Of a stretch of DNA of 64,000 nucleotides, positions 44,792 to 54,400 are shown in pieces. This DNA comes from an uncultured Polyangiaceae bacterium. GTDB taxonomy: Bacteria; Myxococcota_A; Polyangia; Polyangiales; Polyangiaceae. Made by a program: the position numbers and the translations under genes. Within the stretch, counting starts at the first letter, position 1. The number at the start of each line of letters is the position of its first letter. Location of the stretch: assembly GCA_965369205.1 (NCBI GenBank), contig CBDUPW010000009.1, positions 1,905 through 65,904 of the forward strand. Direction: 5' to 3'. The notes beneath the pieces were generated by a model, which was given only the letters and a program-made list of their open reading frames with translations, searched no databases and was not told the origin of the DNA.

Positions 44792-46711
44792 ATGCTGGGC
44801 GACGTGGGGACAATGCCCGAACAGCTCAGCGAGCTTTCGCCGCTTGCGCAGGCTCTATTCGAGTCTGCGGACCGTGCGACCTTCGGCACGATCCTGAGCG
44901 TGTCCCGGGCTGCGGGGCACCAGGTGCAACTCGTCAACCGGGCGCTTCTGAAGTTGCTCGATTGCTCGGAACTCGAGGTCGTGGGCCGGCCGCTTTCGGC
45001 GGTATTCGAAGCGTCGTCGCTCGCGAATGCGGGCGCATGGCTTGACCAACGCGGCACGGGGACGGGCGATGCGCAGATTGCCATGCGCCTCGCTGGGACG
45101 GGCGCGGAAGTGAATGTGTCGGCGCGCGCGCTGTCCTTGGCGGGCACCCAGGCGTTGCTGTGGATTGTGCTCGGGGATCGGGGCGCCGCGCGCCGCGCGC
45201 TGGAGCAGTCCGAACGGAGTTTTCGCGAAATCATCGAGTCCGCTCCAGACGCCATTGGCGTTGGCACACGGAGCGGCATTGCGTACGCGAACCCAGCCAT
45301 GTGTACACTTCTGGGTCACGTGTCCTCGGAGGCCTTGCTCGGCACGCCCTTCACGGATCATGTGCATTCCGACGACGTCGACTTCGCCCGGGCCCGCATC
45401 GCAAAGGTCTTCGACGGGGAGAACTTCGGCGAACCGTTTCCGCTGCCGGTGGTGCGCGGCGACGGTCAGCCCGTCGACGTGGAATTCATTGGCATGAATA
45501 TTACGTGGGACGGGGAGCCTGCCGCTTTGGTTCTTGGTCGGGATTTGGGCGAGCGTCGTGCGCTGCAAGCCCAGCTAATCCAGGACGACCGCTTCTCGGC
45601 AGTGGGCACCCTGGCGGCGGGCGTGGCGCACGAAATCAACAACCCGCTTTCCTACACGCTCCTGAACCTTGAGTATCTGATCAAGGAAATCAAGAAGCAG
45701 CGGTTTTCTCCCCCTGACGTGGTGCGTCTTACGGAGCGTATCGACGAGGCGCAGCATGGCGTCGCCCGGGTGCGCACCATCGTCGAGGATTTGGAGGCGT
45801 TTTCCGGCAGCGACGAACCGAGCACTATGGTGCCAGTGGACTTGGCTCAGGTCTTGGCGGCGGCCATGCGCATGGCTGCTCACGAGCTCAAGGGGCGCGG
45901 AGTCATCGTGGACCGCGTCGGCGATGCGCCGCACGTGCTTGCTGAGCCAGCTCGTCTGGAACAGGTCTTCGTGAACCTTCTGATCAACGCCGCGCAGGCA
46001 TTGGTTCGCGCGCATCCAGAGCAGGGAACCATCACCGTAGCGGTGCTGCCTCCGCGAGAGGGCAAGGTCACCGTCGAAGTCGCCGACAATGGTGCTGGCA
46101 TCGCCCAAGAGCATGTCGACCGCGTCTTTGATCCCTTCTTCACGACGAAGCCCGTGGGCGTCGGCACCGGGCTCGGTCTACCCATTTGCCACAGCATCGT
46201 GACTTCTTTTGGTGGAAGCATCGACGTAGCAAGCACGCTGGGCGCGGGCACGGTCTTCTCGGTGACGCTGCCGGTAACGCTGGCGCGTGCGCGTGCCAGT
46301 CACGCGCCGCCGCCTTCCCGTGAACCGACGCAGCGCGCGCGAGTGCTGGTCGTGGACGATGAGGTTCCCGTCGCGGCTATGCTTGAGCGCTTGCTGAAGC
46401 CATCCCACGACGTCGAGGTCTTCACTTCCGGTGCTGCTGCGTACGAACGCCTGCTGCGCGACCCCGACATAGATGTCGTGCTGTGCGACTTGCTGATGCC
46501 GGGAATGAGCGGCATGGAGCTATACCGATCTCTAGAAAAACAGCGGCCTGGCATGGAGCGCCGATTGATTTTCATGACGGGCGGCGCTTTCACCTCGCGC
46601 GCCTCAGAGTTTCTCCGCGCCACGGAAAACGTGCACATCCAGAAGCCCTTCAACGTGGATCAAGTTCTGAGTCTCGTGGCGGAAGCCGCCGGCCGCTTTC
46701 CAAGGCGCTGA
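44792..46711 (+). CDS. hybrid sensor histidine kinase / response regulator with PAS domains
   Basis: ATG at 44792. Two PAS-like segments. H-box AAGVAHEINNPLSY. N/G boxes (LINAAQA, DNGAGI, GTGLGL). C-terminal receiver (VLVVDDE...VLCDLLMPGMSG). Confidence 0.85.
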   Translation: MLGDVGTMPEQLSELSPLAQALFESADRATFGTILSVSRAAGHQVQLVNRALLKLLDCSELEVVGRPLSAVFEASSLANAGAWLDQRGTGTGDAQIAMRLAGTGAEVNVSARALSLAGTQALLWIVLGDRGAARRALEQSERSFREIIESAPDAIGVGTRSGIAYANPAMCTLLGHVSSEALLGTPFTDHVHSDDVDFARARIAKVFDGENFGEPFPLPVVRGDGQPVDVEFIGMNITWDGEPAALVLGRDLGERRALQAQLIQDDRFSAVGTLAAGVAHEINNPLSYTLLNLEYLIKEIKKQRFSPPDVVRLTERIDEAQHGVARVRTIVEDLEAFSGSDEPSTMVPVDLAQVLAAAMRMAAHELKGRGVIVDRVGDAPHVLAEPARLEQVFVNLLINAAQALVRAHPEQGTITVAVLPPREGKVTVEVADNGAGIAQEHVDRVFDPFFTTKPVGVGTGLGLPICHSIVTSFGGSIDVASTLGAGTVFSVTLPVTLARARASHAPPPSREPTQRARVLVVDDEVPVAAMLERLLKPSHDVEVFTSGAAAYERLLRDPDIDVVLCDLLMPGMSGMELYRSLEKQRPGMERRLIFMTGGAFTSRASEFLRATENVHIQKPFNVDQVLSLVAEAAGRFPRR

Positions 46712-46794
46712 CTCCGCCCCCTCCCCCGGCGTGATCTCGACCGACCCAAGGCCCTGCCCCGGCGCGGGTCTCAAGGGCTTGGAGGTGCGAGACG

Positions 46795-47331
46795 ATGGCG
46801 ACGATTAGTACGGGTGGCGCTCAGGGCAGGCGGTCGGTCAACAGTGAGTTGCCGTTGGTGCCGTTCATTGACTTCTTGCTGTGTTTGGTGGCGTTCCTGT
46901 TGGTGACGGCGGTTTGGTCGCAGATGGCGCGACTAGAAACCACTGCCAAGGTGCCGGGCCAGGTGACGACGCCAACGGAGCCCGTGAAGCAGCTGCACGT
47001 CCGCGTGAAAGACAGTAGCTTCGAGCTGGTTTGGAAGCGGGGCGATACCGTGCTCGTCACTTCCCAAGTGGTTCGCCGCGCGGAAAAGCGAGCGGACGGC
47101 TCTGTCGGCTACCCAGAGCTTGCCCAACGCCTGAGCGCTGAGTGGCAATCCAACGGTGAGCACAAAGGCGCGATGGATGGACAACGCGATATCGCGGTGT
47201 TGCACTCGCCGAACAACATGGAGTTCGGCGACCTCGCTGGAATCATCGATGCCATTCACGCGCCGTCGCGTAGCTTCGGGCCGCAACAGGAAAAGGTCGC
47301 GGCCTTCAGCGTCGCGTTTGCGGCCGACTAG
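46795..47331 (+). CDS. ExbD/TolR-family biopolymer transport protein (orphan)
   Basis: N-terminal NSELPLVPFIDFLLCLVAFLLV TM segment typical of ExbD/TolR. GGAGG lies about 12 nt upstream of the ATG. No exbB/tonB is adjacent. Confidence 0.8.
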   Translation: MATISTGGAQGRRSVNSELPLVPFIDFLLCLVAFLLVTAVWSQMARLETTAKVPGQVTTPTEPVKQLHVRVKDSSFELVWKRGDTVLVTSQVVRRAEKRADGSVGYPELAQRLSAEWQSNGEHKGAMDGQRDIAVLHSPNNMEFGDLAGIIDAIHAPSRSFGPQQEKVAAFSVAFAAD

Positions 47332-47358
47332 GCGCTGGCGTTCGCTCGAAGTGACGCA

Positions 47359-47963
47359 CTAGCTGCCCTTGATCAAACCCGCAAGCTGCAGCAAGGGCTT
47401 GGAGATGCCGCCAAGCCCTTCCGCAACGATGCAACCGACCGCGATCGTGGTGAGGGTAATGTCGCGCACTTTGAGCATGCGCCCCAAGACGACCCACAGC
47501 ACCAGGCCGCCAAGAAAAAAGGCAAGGTCATAGGACACTGGGAGCACCAGGCCGATGCCGAGTCCAATCGAGCCGGGGACCCACTTTTCCAGCCTGGGCT
47601 GATTCTCCAAGAGTACGTAGACGACGCCGATAGCGGCGGCCACGGCCATGGAGGTCAGCGCGCCGGGGGGCATCGGAGTCGAACCGTCAAAGATCAGAGC
47701 CGTCGCCCTTTGGCCGCATAGAAGTTGCTGATGAACCCCAGGCTGCCGCCCGCGCTACCCATGGTGGCTACGATGACCATCTCGGTTGTTTGGATCGCTC
47801 GCTTCGAGAGGAAGAACATAGCGAAGAACAGCAGCGCGGCGATGGTTGGGCCCTCTTCGATCACGCCGAAGGAAAGCGTCAGGTAGCTGTTCACGCCGCA
47901 GAGCAGTACCGCGAGCAAGAAGCCAGCGACGACACTGCGAACCGTGGGTCTGGCAGGGGCCAA
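47359..47963 (-). pseudogene. OPT-family oligopeptide transporter remnant with large internal deletion
   Basis: ORF 47694..47963 matches an OPT N-terminus (…VVAGFLLAVLLCGVNSYLTLSFGVIEEGPTIAALLFFAMFF...TTEMVIVATMGSAGGSLG…). ORF 47359..47673 matches an OPT C-terminus (…PPGALTSMAVAAAIGVVY...SIGLGIGLVLPVSYDLAFFLGGLVLW…). Only 20 nt separate them, whereas intact OPT proteins carry several hundred residues between these segments. Confidence 0.6.
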
Positions 47964-48005
47964 GGCGCCGACGCTAGCGCCGAAACCACTCAGGAAGGAA
48001 GTGCC

Positions 48006-48950
48006 TCAGAGCCGGCGCCTATGGCGCAGCAAAAAGGGCAGCGCGGCGTCCAAAAACAGCTGCGGGCGGTCGATGTGGGCGAAGTGCGAGCCCTCTTCGA
48101 GCCAGACCATCTCGGCGCTGGGCACGAGCGCGGACAAGCGCTTTCCGACGCGTGGTGGGACCATGGGATCGCGCTTTGCGTACACGAGTTGCAACGGCAT
48201 GGGAAAGGCTCGCTTTGCACGTTTCAAGCCCTTGAGCTCCGCAACGAACTGCCTCATGCCCTCGGCGGACATGGTGTCCTTCAGGTGGCGATAGAACGCG
48301 CGTCGCCCGGCGTCTGTGGCAAGGGGCGCCGCATAGATGCGCGCCTCCTCCCGAGATTTCAAGGACTCGTCGTAGTAGTGCACATTCTTGTGCGCCCAGC
48401 GCTGAGGGTCGCGCCGCACCAGGGCCGCGAGCAGGCGCTCACTTCCGGGCACTGCGAGCAGCGTCGAAAGCGCGTGCAAGCGCAGCTCTGCAATGCCCGG
48501 CGAATGCTCGTTCACCAAGCACGAAAACACGTTTGCATGCAGCAGTGCTGCGCGCATGCACAAGTAGCCGCCCATACTGTTGCCGATGCAGGCCGCGCCC
48601 ACGATACCCATGGTTTGCGCAAACTCGAAGAGCCACTCGGCAAGCTCGACGGCCCCGTAGCGTGCATCTGGCTTGTCGGTGCTTCCGGCGCCGGGCAAGT
48701 CTGGAGCAAGGACGCGAAAGTGCTCAGCGAGGGGCTCGAATACGTAGCGAAAAGAGTACGAAGTGGTCATCAAGCCGTGCACGAGCAACAGCGGTGGCCC
48801 ACTACCGATTTCCCGAACGTGCACGCTGTGTTTGCCGAAATGCTTGGAGTGAACGACGCGCTCAAAACCGCGCGTCTTTTCGTAGCCATGGGGCAGCCGG
48901 GGCAACTCGGGTAAATCGTCGTAGGGCACCGGTTGGAAGGGTTGCAGCAC
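48006..48950 (-). CDS. alpha/beta hydrolase (haloalkane-dehalogenase/epoxide-hydrolase-like fold)
   Basis: HG oxyanion motif PLLLVHGLMTTSYSFRY. Nucleophile elbow CIGNSMGG. C-terminal ...EEGSHFAHIDRP. Confidence 0.8.
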   Translation of the reverse strand: MLQPFQPVPYDDLPELPRLPHGYEKTRGFERVVHSKHFGKHSVHVREIGSGPPLLLVHGLMTTSYSFRYVFEPLAEHFRVLAPDLPGAGSTDKPDARYGAVELAEWLFEFAQTMGIVGAACIGNSMGGYLCMRAALLHANVFSCLVNEHSPGIAELRLHALSTLLAVPGSERLLAALVRRDPQRWAHKNVHYYDESLKSREEARIYAAPLATDAGRRAFYRHLKDTMSAEGMRQFVAELKGLKRAKRAFPMPLQLVYAKRDPMVPPRVGKRLSALVPSAEMVWLEEGSHFAHIDRPQLFLDAALPFLLRHRRRL

Positions 48951-49068
48951 GGACTGAGCTTTCTGTAGCTGCGCCCCCAGAGCAAGGCTTCACAGGCACG
49001 AAACCGGCGAAGTCGTAGGCTGGAGGCCCCGAGCCCTCGGGATGCGGCACCGCGCGGCGTCCCGTGCC

Positions 49069-49593
49069 ATGCTTCCCAGCATGAGACGCCTGCGCGCTCT
49101 TTTACTGATCTCGCTGACGGCCACCGCCGCGCTGGCGAAGGACGAAGCGCCAGACGCCCACTACATCGCGAGCACCCTCGCCTCTGGACGCTGTGATTTC
49201 GGCGATTGCCTCGGCTTCGGCTGGACCACCCGCGTCGGCAAAACCGACCTTGCGACCCGCTGTGACTTCCGGGACTGCGCCGAATTCGGTTGGACCACGC
49301 GAGGCCCGAAGGGCAAGTCCAGCGTGACCCGCTGCGACTTTGGCAAGTGCCTCGAACACGGTTGGACCACGCGACACCCCGACGGCAAAAGCAGTGTCAG
49401 CCGTTGCGACTTCGGCAAATGCTGGGAGCACGGCTGGACGACGCGACACCCGGACGGCAAGAGCAGCGTGAGCCGCTGCGACTTCGGCGATTGCGCGACC
49501 AAGGGCTGGTCCACCCGTTTGCCGGACGGGAGCCATGTGCGCTGCACCTGCAACTTCGGCGACTGCAAGAAAAACGGCGCGGACTGCGGCTAA
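49069..49593 (+). CDS. secreted tandem-repeat protein (RCDFGxCxxxGWTTRxPDGKSSVS units)
   Basis: Signal peptide MLPSMRRLRALLLISLTATAALA (start 49069 or 49081). Five and a half 21-24-aa repeats, each with a C-x4-C pair. The repeats differ mainly at synonymous sites. Confidence 0.65.
   Translation: MLPSMRRLRALLLISLTATAALAKDEAPDAHYIASTLASGRCDFGDCLGFGWTTRVGKTDLATRCDFRDCAEFGWTTRGPKGKSSVTRCDFGKCLEHGWTTRHPDGKSSVSRCDFGKCWEHGWTTRHPDGKSSVSRCDFGDCATKGWSTRLPDGSHVRCTCNFGDCKKNGADCG
49189..49590 (+). repeat. in-frame tandem repeat array (63-72 bp units) inside the RCDFG protein gene
   Basis: Units start at about 49189, 49258, 49330, 49402, 49474 and 49540. Units 49330-49401 and 49402-49473 are both 72 bp and align codon for codon. 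Confidence 0.85.
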
Positions 49594-49661
49594 CCGCTCC
49601 GCAGGCTGCGCGGGCGGCCCCGCCATCGCTCGGAAGTCGGGGCGGTTGTGACGTGCAAAGT

Positions 49662-50021
49662 CTATTGTGATCGGTCACTTGGGTTGTTCCGGTGCCGGGA
49701 CAATGAGGCTGTCCAGCCGGCGTCACTCAGTGCCAGGGATGCGGCGTAGACCACCGCGGGATTGTTTGGATCCACGGCCACGGTAGGATCTCCCAGCAGC
49801 GCCGCCCACCCCATGGGCGTGTCAAGCTTGCCGCGGTAGGTCCAGTTCGTTCCATCGCTGCTCGTTGCCCAGCCAACGACCGTAACTCGCCGCCGGTACG
49901 TCACTTTGGACTTGTCCGGCGCGATCTCGAAGTCCAGTTGGCCGGATGGCAGTAGTCGGCCGCTACGGTCGTTGAACACGGACACGAGGTTCGGTTGCCC
50001 GCCAGCTCGGGCCGTAACCAT
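49662..50021 (-). pseudogene. possible fragment of a BNR/Asp-box (sialidase-fold) protein
   Basis: 119-aa ORF with an Asp-box-like SSDGTNWTY and ...DPTVAVDPNNPAVVYAASLA.... It lacks a signal peptide and most of the expected propeller. It ends abruptly in a region with other gene debris. Confidence 0.3.
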
Positions 50022-50095
50022 TGCCGTTTCAGCGCGCTCGCTAATCGACTGGGGTGTGACCGTGTCGGGAGAAGGGCCGGGCAGCGGTTGGCAAG

Positions 50096-50107
50096 CCCCC
50101 CCCCCCC
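50096..50107 (+). repeat. C12 homopolymer tract 22 nt upstream of the ATG at 50130
   Basis: Counted directly (…GCAAG-CCCCCCCCCCCC-AGCGTG…). It lies between a TTGGCA hexamer (50088-50093) and a CATACT hexamer (50114-50119). Confidence 0.95.
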
Positions 50108-50129
50108 AGCGTGCATACTAGGCAACCCA

Positions 50130-50747
50130 ATGCGACTACCCGGCAATGACCTCGTGCGGCTCGGTTTGATTCTGCTCGCGTGTGCGTTGCTTGCATGGCT
50201 AGTCCTCCCACTGATCACCCCAGAACTCGCAGGGAATACCCCGCCGCACCCCGCCAAACAAGCTATGAGCGCCGGCGACCGCGGAACACTGCGCGCGGTC
50301 TCATCGCCCTCTCCAAGTGCGCAGCGCGCCCGTGCAGGAGCCGCGGTGGCGTTGCCAGCGGACGCGGATCAAATGCCATTTGCGTCTCCGCGATACCGGA
50401 ACTCCGGTCCCGGCAAGATCCGCTGTGGCGATCTGGATTGCACCACATCCGGCCAGCTCTGCTGCCATGTCGAGCATGACAAGTTTTGCGTCGATGCGAA
50501 AGACGGGTGCCCTGACGCGGGCTGGGACATCGCCTGCGATGAAACGGCGGACTGTGAGGCCGGGCTGAAGTGCTGCGGTGAACCCGTAGCAATGGGCCGC
50601 CGGCAGGCTCGCTGTGCTGACTCTTGCTCGCGCGACACCAGACAGCTTTGCGCCCACGACGATGAGTGCGAATCGAGGGAGTGCGTCCTGGGCTCCCGAT
50701 GTGAACGCGTGGTTCGTGGGCGCCTGAAGCTTCCAGCCAAACGCTAG
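50130..50747 (+). CDS. membrane-anchored protein with C-terminal Cys-rich domain (paralogue of 43355..44047 domain)
   Basis: ATG at 50130 gives MRLPGNDLVRLGLILLACALLAWLVLPLI (signal/anchor). The C-terminal domain shares the Cys scaffold, including CDETADCEAGLKCCG versus CDGPEDCINGTVCCG. Confidence 0.6.
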   Translation: MRLPGNDLVRLGLILLACALLAWLVLPLITPELAGNTPPHPAKQAMSAGDRGTLRAVSSPSPSAQRARAGAAVALPADADQMPFASPRYRNSGPGKIRCGDLDCTTSGQLCCHVEHDKFCVDAKDGCPDAGWDIACDETADCEAGLKCCGEPVAMGRRQARCADSCSRDTRQLCAHDDECESRECVLGSRCERVVRGRLKLPAKR

Positions 50748-50975
50748 AGCAGCCGTGAAGCGCCCCAGCGCCCCAGACAAACGGAAGCGCTGGCCGCCGC
50801 CGACGTGCCATCCGGGCGAAGCTTCGGACAGGGCCGGGGGGGCCGGGGGCACGCCCGCTCGGAAGTCGGGCCGGTCGTAACGGATAAAGTTGGTCACAGC
50901 GCCCGCATGCGCACTGGGCGGTTTGGGCGAGGAGCTGGCGTGCTGTGACCTCTGCCCGCGACGGCGGGCGGGTCT

Positions 50976-51170
50976 GTGACCCGCCTCGGACTCGTCGCGG
51001 GAGCTCGGAGCCTCAAGGACGTCGAGGCACTGGCGGAGGAGCTGACACCGCCGGTCCGTCGCAAGCTCGGTATCTCCCGGCGCATTCCTGACACGGCCCT
51101 GCGCGATGCACTTTCAACTCTTCAGCCAAACGATCTGCGGCCGGCGCTGGCGCGACGTGATGCGCCACAT
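50976..51170 (+). mobile_element. remnant of an ISAs1/IS4-like transposase N-terminal region (no intact transposase ORF)
   Basis: The translation LGLVAGARSLKDVEALAEELTPPVRRKLGISRRIPDTALRDALSTLQPNDLRPAL resembles the ...LAGARSL..I/VE.....L......LG...R.PS/DT..R..L..L.P..L... region of DDE_Tnp_1-associated domains. Downstream the frame degenerates into Arg/His-rich sequence and stops. No DDE domain is present. Confidence 0.4.
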
Positions 51171-51495
51171 CTGGATCGCCGTGCTCACCGCGACCACCGG
51201 AGAGCTTGGCGGGCTACGCCGCCAACGGCTCGCGCGGGCTCCGGAGTAGCACGCCACAGGCCGCCGCGCCGACACGCTCTTTGAAATAACCCGCTGCCAC
51301 CGCCCCCGCCGCAGCCACCGCCCCCGACAGCCGCGGCGCGGCGCGTCCGCGGCGGCCACCGCCGCCGTCTCCAACCCCGCCACTGACCCGGAAACTGTCT
51401 CCGGAAGTCCGACGCTGAAACTCGCCCCGATGAAAACCGATCAGGTGCGCGGGCGGCCCTAGCGTCCTCGTTGGCGTGTCTGCTAGGGATTGCTG

Positions 51496-54400
51496 ATGAG
51501 ACCGAAGGCCTCGCGACGCACGTCCACGTCGTCGGCGGTGGCACGCGCCAAGATGCTTCTCAAGGCGAAGCTGTGGTGGCGCGAGGGGTTTCCTTCGGGG
51601 CCGCCGACCGCAGCGGGTTTGCCCTGGACCGTCGTGGCCGGACCCGGACGCGAGAACACGCAGCTCCTATTGACTCGTCGCGAGCTCAGCGGCGCGACCC
51701 ATGCTCTGAAGAAGCTCAGCGGAGAGTATCGGGCTGTGCTGCCCAAGCTGCAGCAGGATCCAGCGGCGTTTATTGCGTCCGTGCAGGCGCTCTTGGATGC
51801 CCTCAAGCCCGCGGTGCATCGTTTGGCTTCGCCGGAAAGAGAAACACTGTGGCAGCGCTTTGCGACGCGGGACGTTCGTCGCGTAGCGCGTGTTGCGCAG
51901 CAGCTTCCTCGGTTAAGACCGTTGATCGACGCGGTTGCCTGGAGCTGCGTATCCACGCCGACACGCTTAGGCAAGATGCTCACGGTCGTGGAAGCCAACG
52001 CGGACGCCCTCGCCCAGATCGCAAACGCGGGCGAGCCTTCCTTCCTGGCTACGGCACTGAATCTAGTCGACTTGACGACGGAGCTGGGCACGCCGGCGCT
52101 CGCACTGCAATCGATCTTGACCAACGCTCACGTCCTGTCTAGCCCCACCCAGGCGGAAAATTACCCGGAGCGTTTGCGACAGGTCGTGCTCAAACGCTAC
52201 GGCGGGAAGCCGAAGATCGAGCCGCCTCCGGATCGCCCGGCTGCGCGCCTGGGTGCCCAGCTTCATGAGTGGACGCAGTGGGTAGCCGCGCAAGATCCCG
52301 CCACGCGCCGTCGCGCCCTGAAGTGCTTCGCGCTGCTCGGCACCCAAGAGTTGCTCGGGGACTGGGCGGATTGGTGGCGGGGTTTGGAGCGCACCGAAGC
52401 GCAGTTGCGCAAGCAGCTGCCAGCCCACGCAGTGCGTCTAGACGCTCTCAACAAGCTCGAACGACGCGTGCGTCGGGCGGCCGAACAGACGCCAGCGCCG
52501 ATATCTGCGGGCGGACTCACGAGTCTGCTGCGTTGGTATGCCTCGGTCGCAGAGCCGAAGTTCGTCGAAGAAGCCTGCGCTACGCTTGGCGCGCTCGGTG
52601 ACTCAAGGCTCGCGTCACCTTTTCTAGAACACTTCAGAGGTCTGTATCTGTCCTGCGGAGCCAAGTTTGCCCGTCGTGGTGTGGTCGCCCTGCGCGCCTA
52701 CTTCGTGGCCACCGCCGATTTGGGTGACGCGCGGCTCGAACCCTGGGCGGACGTGCTCAAGCAGTGGCGCGCTGGCAATCGCCTGCCGCGCTACGGCTTC
52801 GAAGAAGAGCTACTCCTGGAAAAACCTGGCAAGAGGCGCGTCGAAGCCTTGTATGCAGCGCTGGCGCATGCGGCGCGGACCGCCGCGGCCACGGACGACG
52901 TCGCCGACTCCCTAGTCGAGCTGGCGCCCTGTGAGCTGCCTGTGGTCGCGGCCGCTGAGATCGCCGTCGGGCTTTCGGATCCGAAGCTGAAAGAGCATTA
53001 CTTCGAGTCCGAGACGTTGCGCCACGCCGTAGGGCTGACGGACGGTCAGCCGCGTGCCGCGCTGTCACTTCTTCAGTCCTTGGCGACTCTCGAGTCTGGC
53101 GAAGATCGGCGCTTCGCACTTCGCGCCTTGGACGCGCTGCAAAAGTCCGAGCTGTTGTCCCTAGGACTGTGCCTCGTCGCCGACGGGCACGTGCAGCGAC
53201 TGTCCGAATGCGGGCGCTTGGCCAAGTACCTGCGCATGCCTATCGCGCCGCAGCCGCTTGCCCAGGGCGACGTCGCGTGGGCCATGCAATACCCGGCGCC
53301 ACTGCATGCCGCGCTTTCGGAGCTTTCTGCCAGCGACCCCGACGCAGAACACAGCGCGCATCGCGTCCTGAAACAACACTTCCCCAAACGCGAAGAAGTC
53401 CAAAGGCAGATAGTTGCGCTCGAGTCCAAGCTGCAGCGAGAACAGGCGCAGTCTCTTCATGTACGTCTCGGCAACCTACGCGCACGTCTCGCCAAGCCGT
53501 CGGAATTGAGTGCTCGTCGCCTGGAACACCTGGCCGCTGATCTTCGGCGCGCGGCGCGACAGGCGGTATTGCGAAGGTTGGAGCAGGAGACAGTGGGGCG
53601 CGCAACGGCGGTATTCGAATCGCTGCTGGGTACGTCGCCATTGCCCGATTGGCTGCTGCAACCGAGTACTTTGCGCCTGATTCTGCCGGCCTTGGAATTG
53701 CCCAAAGGATTCAAGGAACTCGCGCTACAGATCTTGCGCGCGCGCGCTGGCCCTCCACCTTGGGATCTGCGGGAGGAGCCAGCCAACGCTGCGTTCTTGG
53801 AGCGGCTGCGGGGACGCGGGGTGGATACCGCAGAGTGGTTAGACAGTGCGCTACGCATCCATGTGGAGCTCGACGCAGAGCCTGTGGAGTTGGCCCTCGA
53901 AACAGACCCGCTGCAGGTCCTTGAAATGGGAGCGCACTTCAACACCTGCCTGAGCCCCGGAAGCTTCAACTACTTTTCAACCTTTGCCAACGCCGCGGAC
54001 GTCAACAAACGTGTGATGTATGCCCGCGACGCGAAGGGAAGAGTTTTGGGGCGCTGCCTTATGGCGCTAACGGAAAGCGGCGGCCTTTTGACCTTCCACC
54101 CCTACGCGCACTCGAATGCGCTGCGTTTTCATGAGCGTGCGGCGCAGTTCGCGCAAGAACTTGCGGCGCGCATGGGGATCTCCCCGGTCGCGAGTGGCGA
54201 AGTCACGCTGCTGCTTGCGCCAGACTGGTACGACGACGGTCCGCGGGACCTATGCAAGCGCTTCGCGTTTCTCGAGAAGGACTCGCCGTTTCGAAAAACA
54301 CTGGGCACGCGCGGCGTCGACGGGTTTGTGGAAGACCTCAAGGAGCGCTTTGCGCCCCTGGCGCTGAATGAACTGACGCTGCCCTTGGTATTGGAGCTGC

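Noticed and set aside
44707-45300. N-terminal approximately 200 residues of ORF 44044..45300
   Set aside because: This part is antisense to the hybrid histidine kinase gene and is Ser/Arg/Ala-rich. The thioredoxin-fold protein begins at the TM helix near 44706.
47674-47693. GGAGTCGAACC, the reverse complement of a tRNA T-arm-like GGTTCGACTCC, at the OPT deletion junction
   Set aside because: I could not build acceptor, D or anticodon stems from the flanking sequence. An isolated T-loop-like 11-mer is expected by chance in coding DNA.
50301-50897. 198-aa minus-strand ORF. Its first approximately 50 residues (…GWHVGGGQRFRLSGALGRFTAALAFGWKL) faintly resemble outer-membrane barrel strands
   Set aside because: Most of the ORF is antisense to the Cys-rich gene at 50130..50747. 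At best the 50750-50897 part is debris of a lost barrel gene, and the evidence is not enough to call it.
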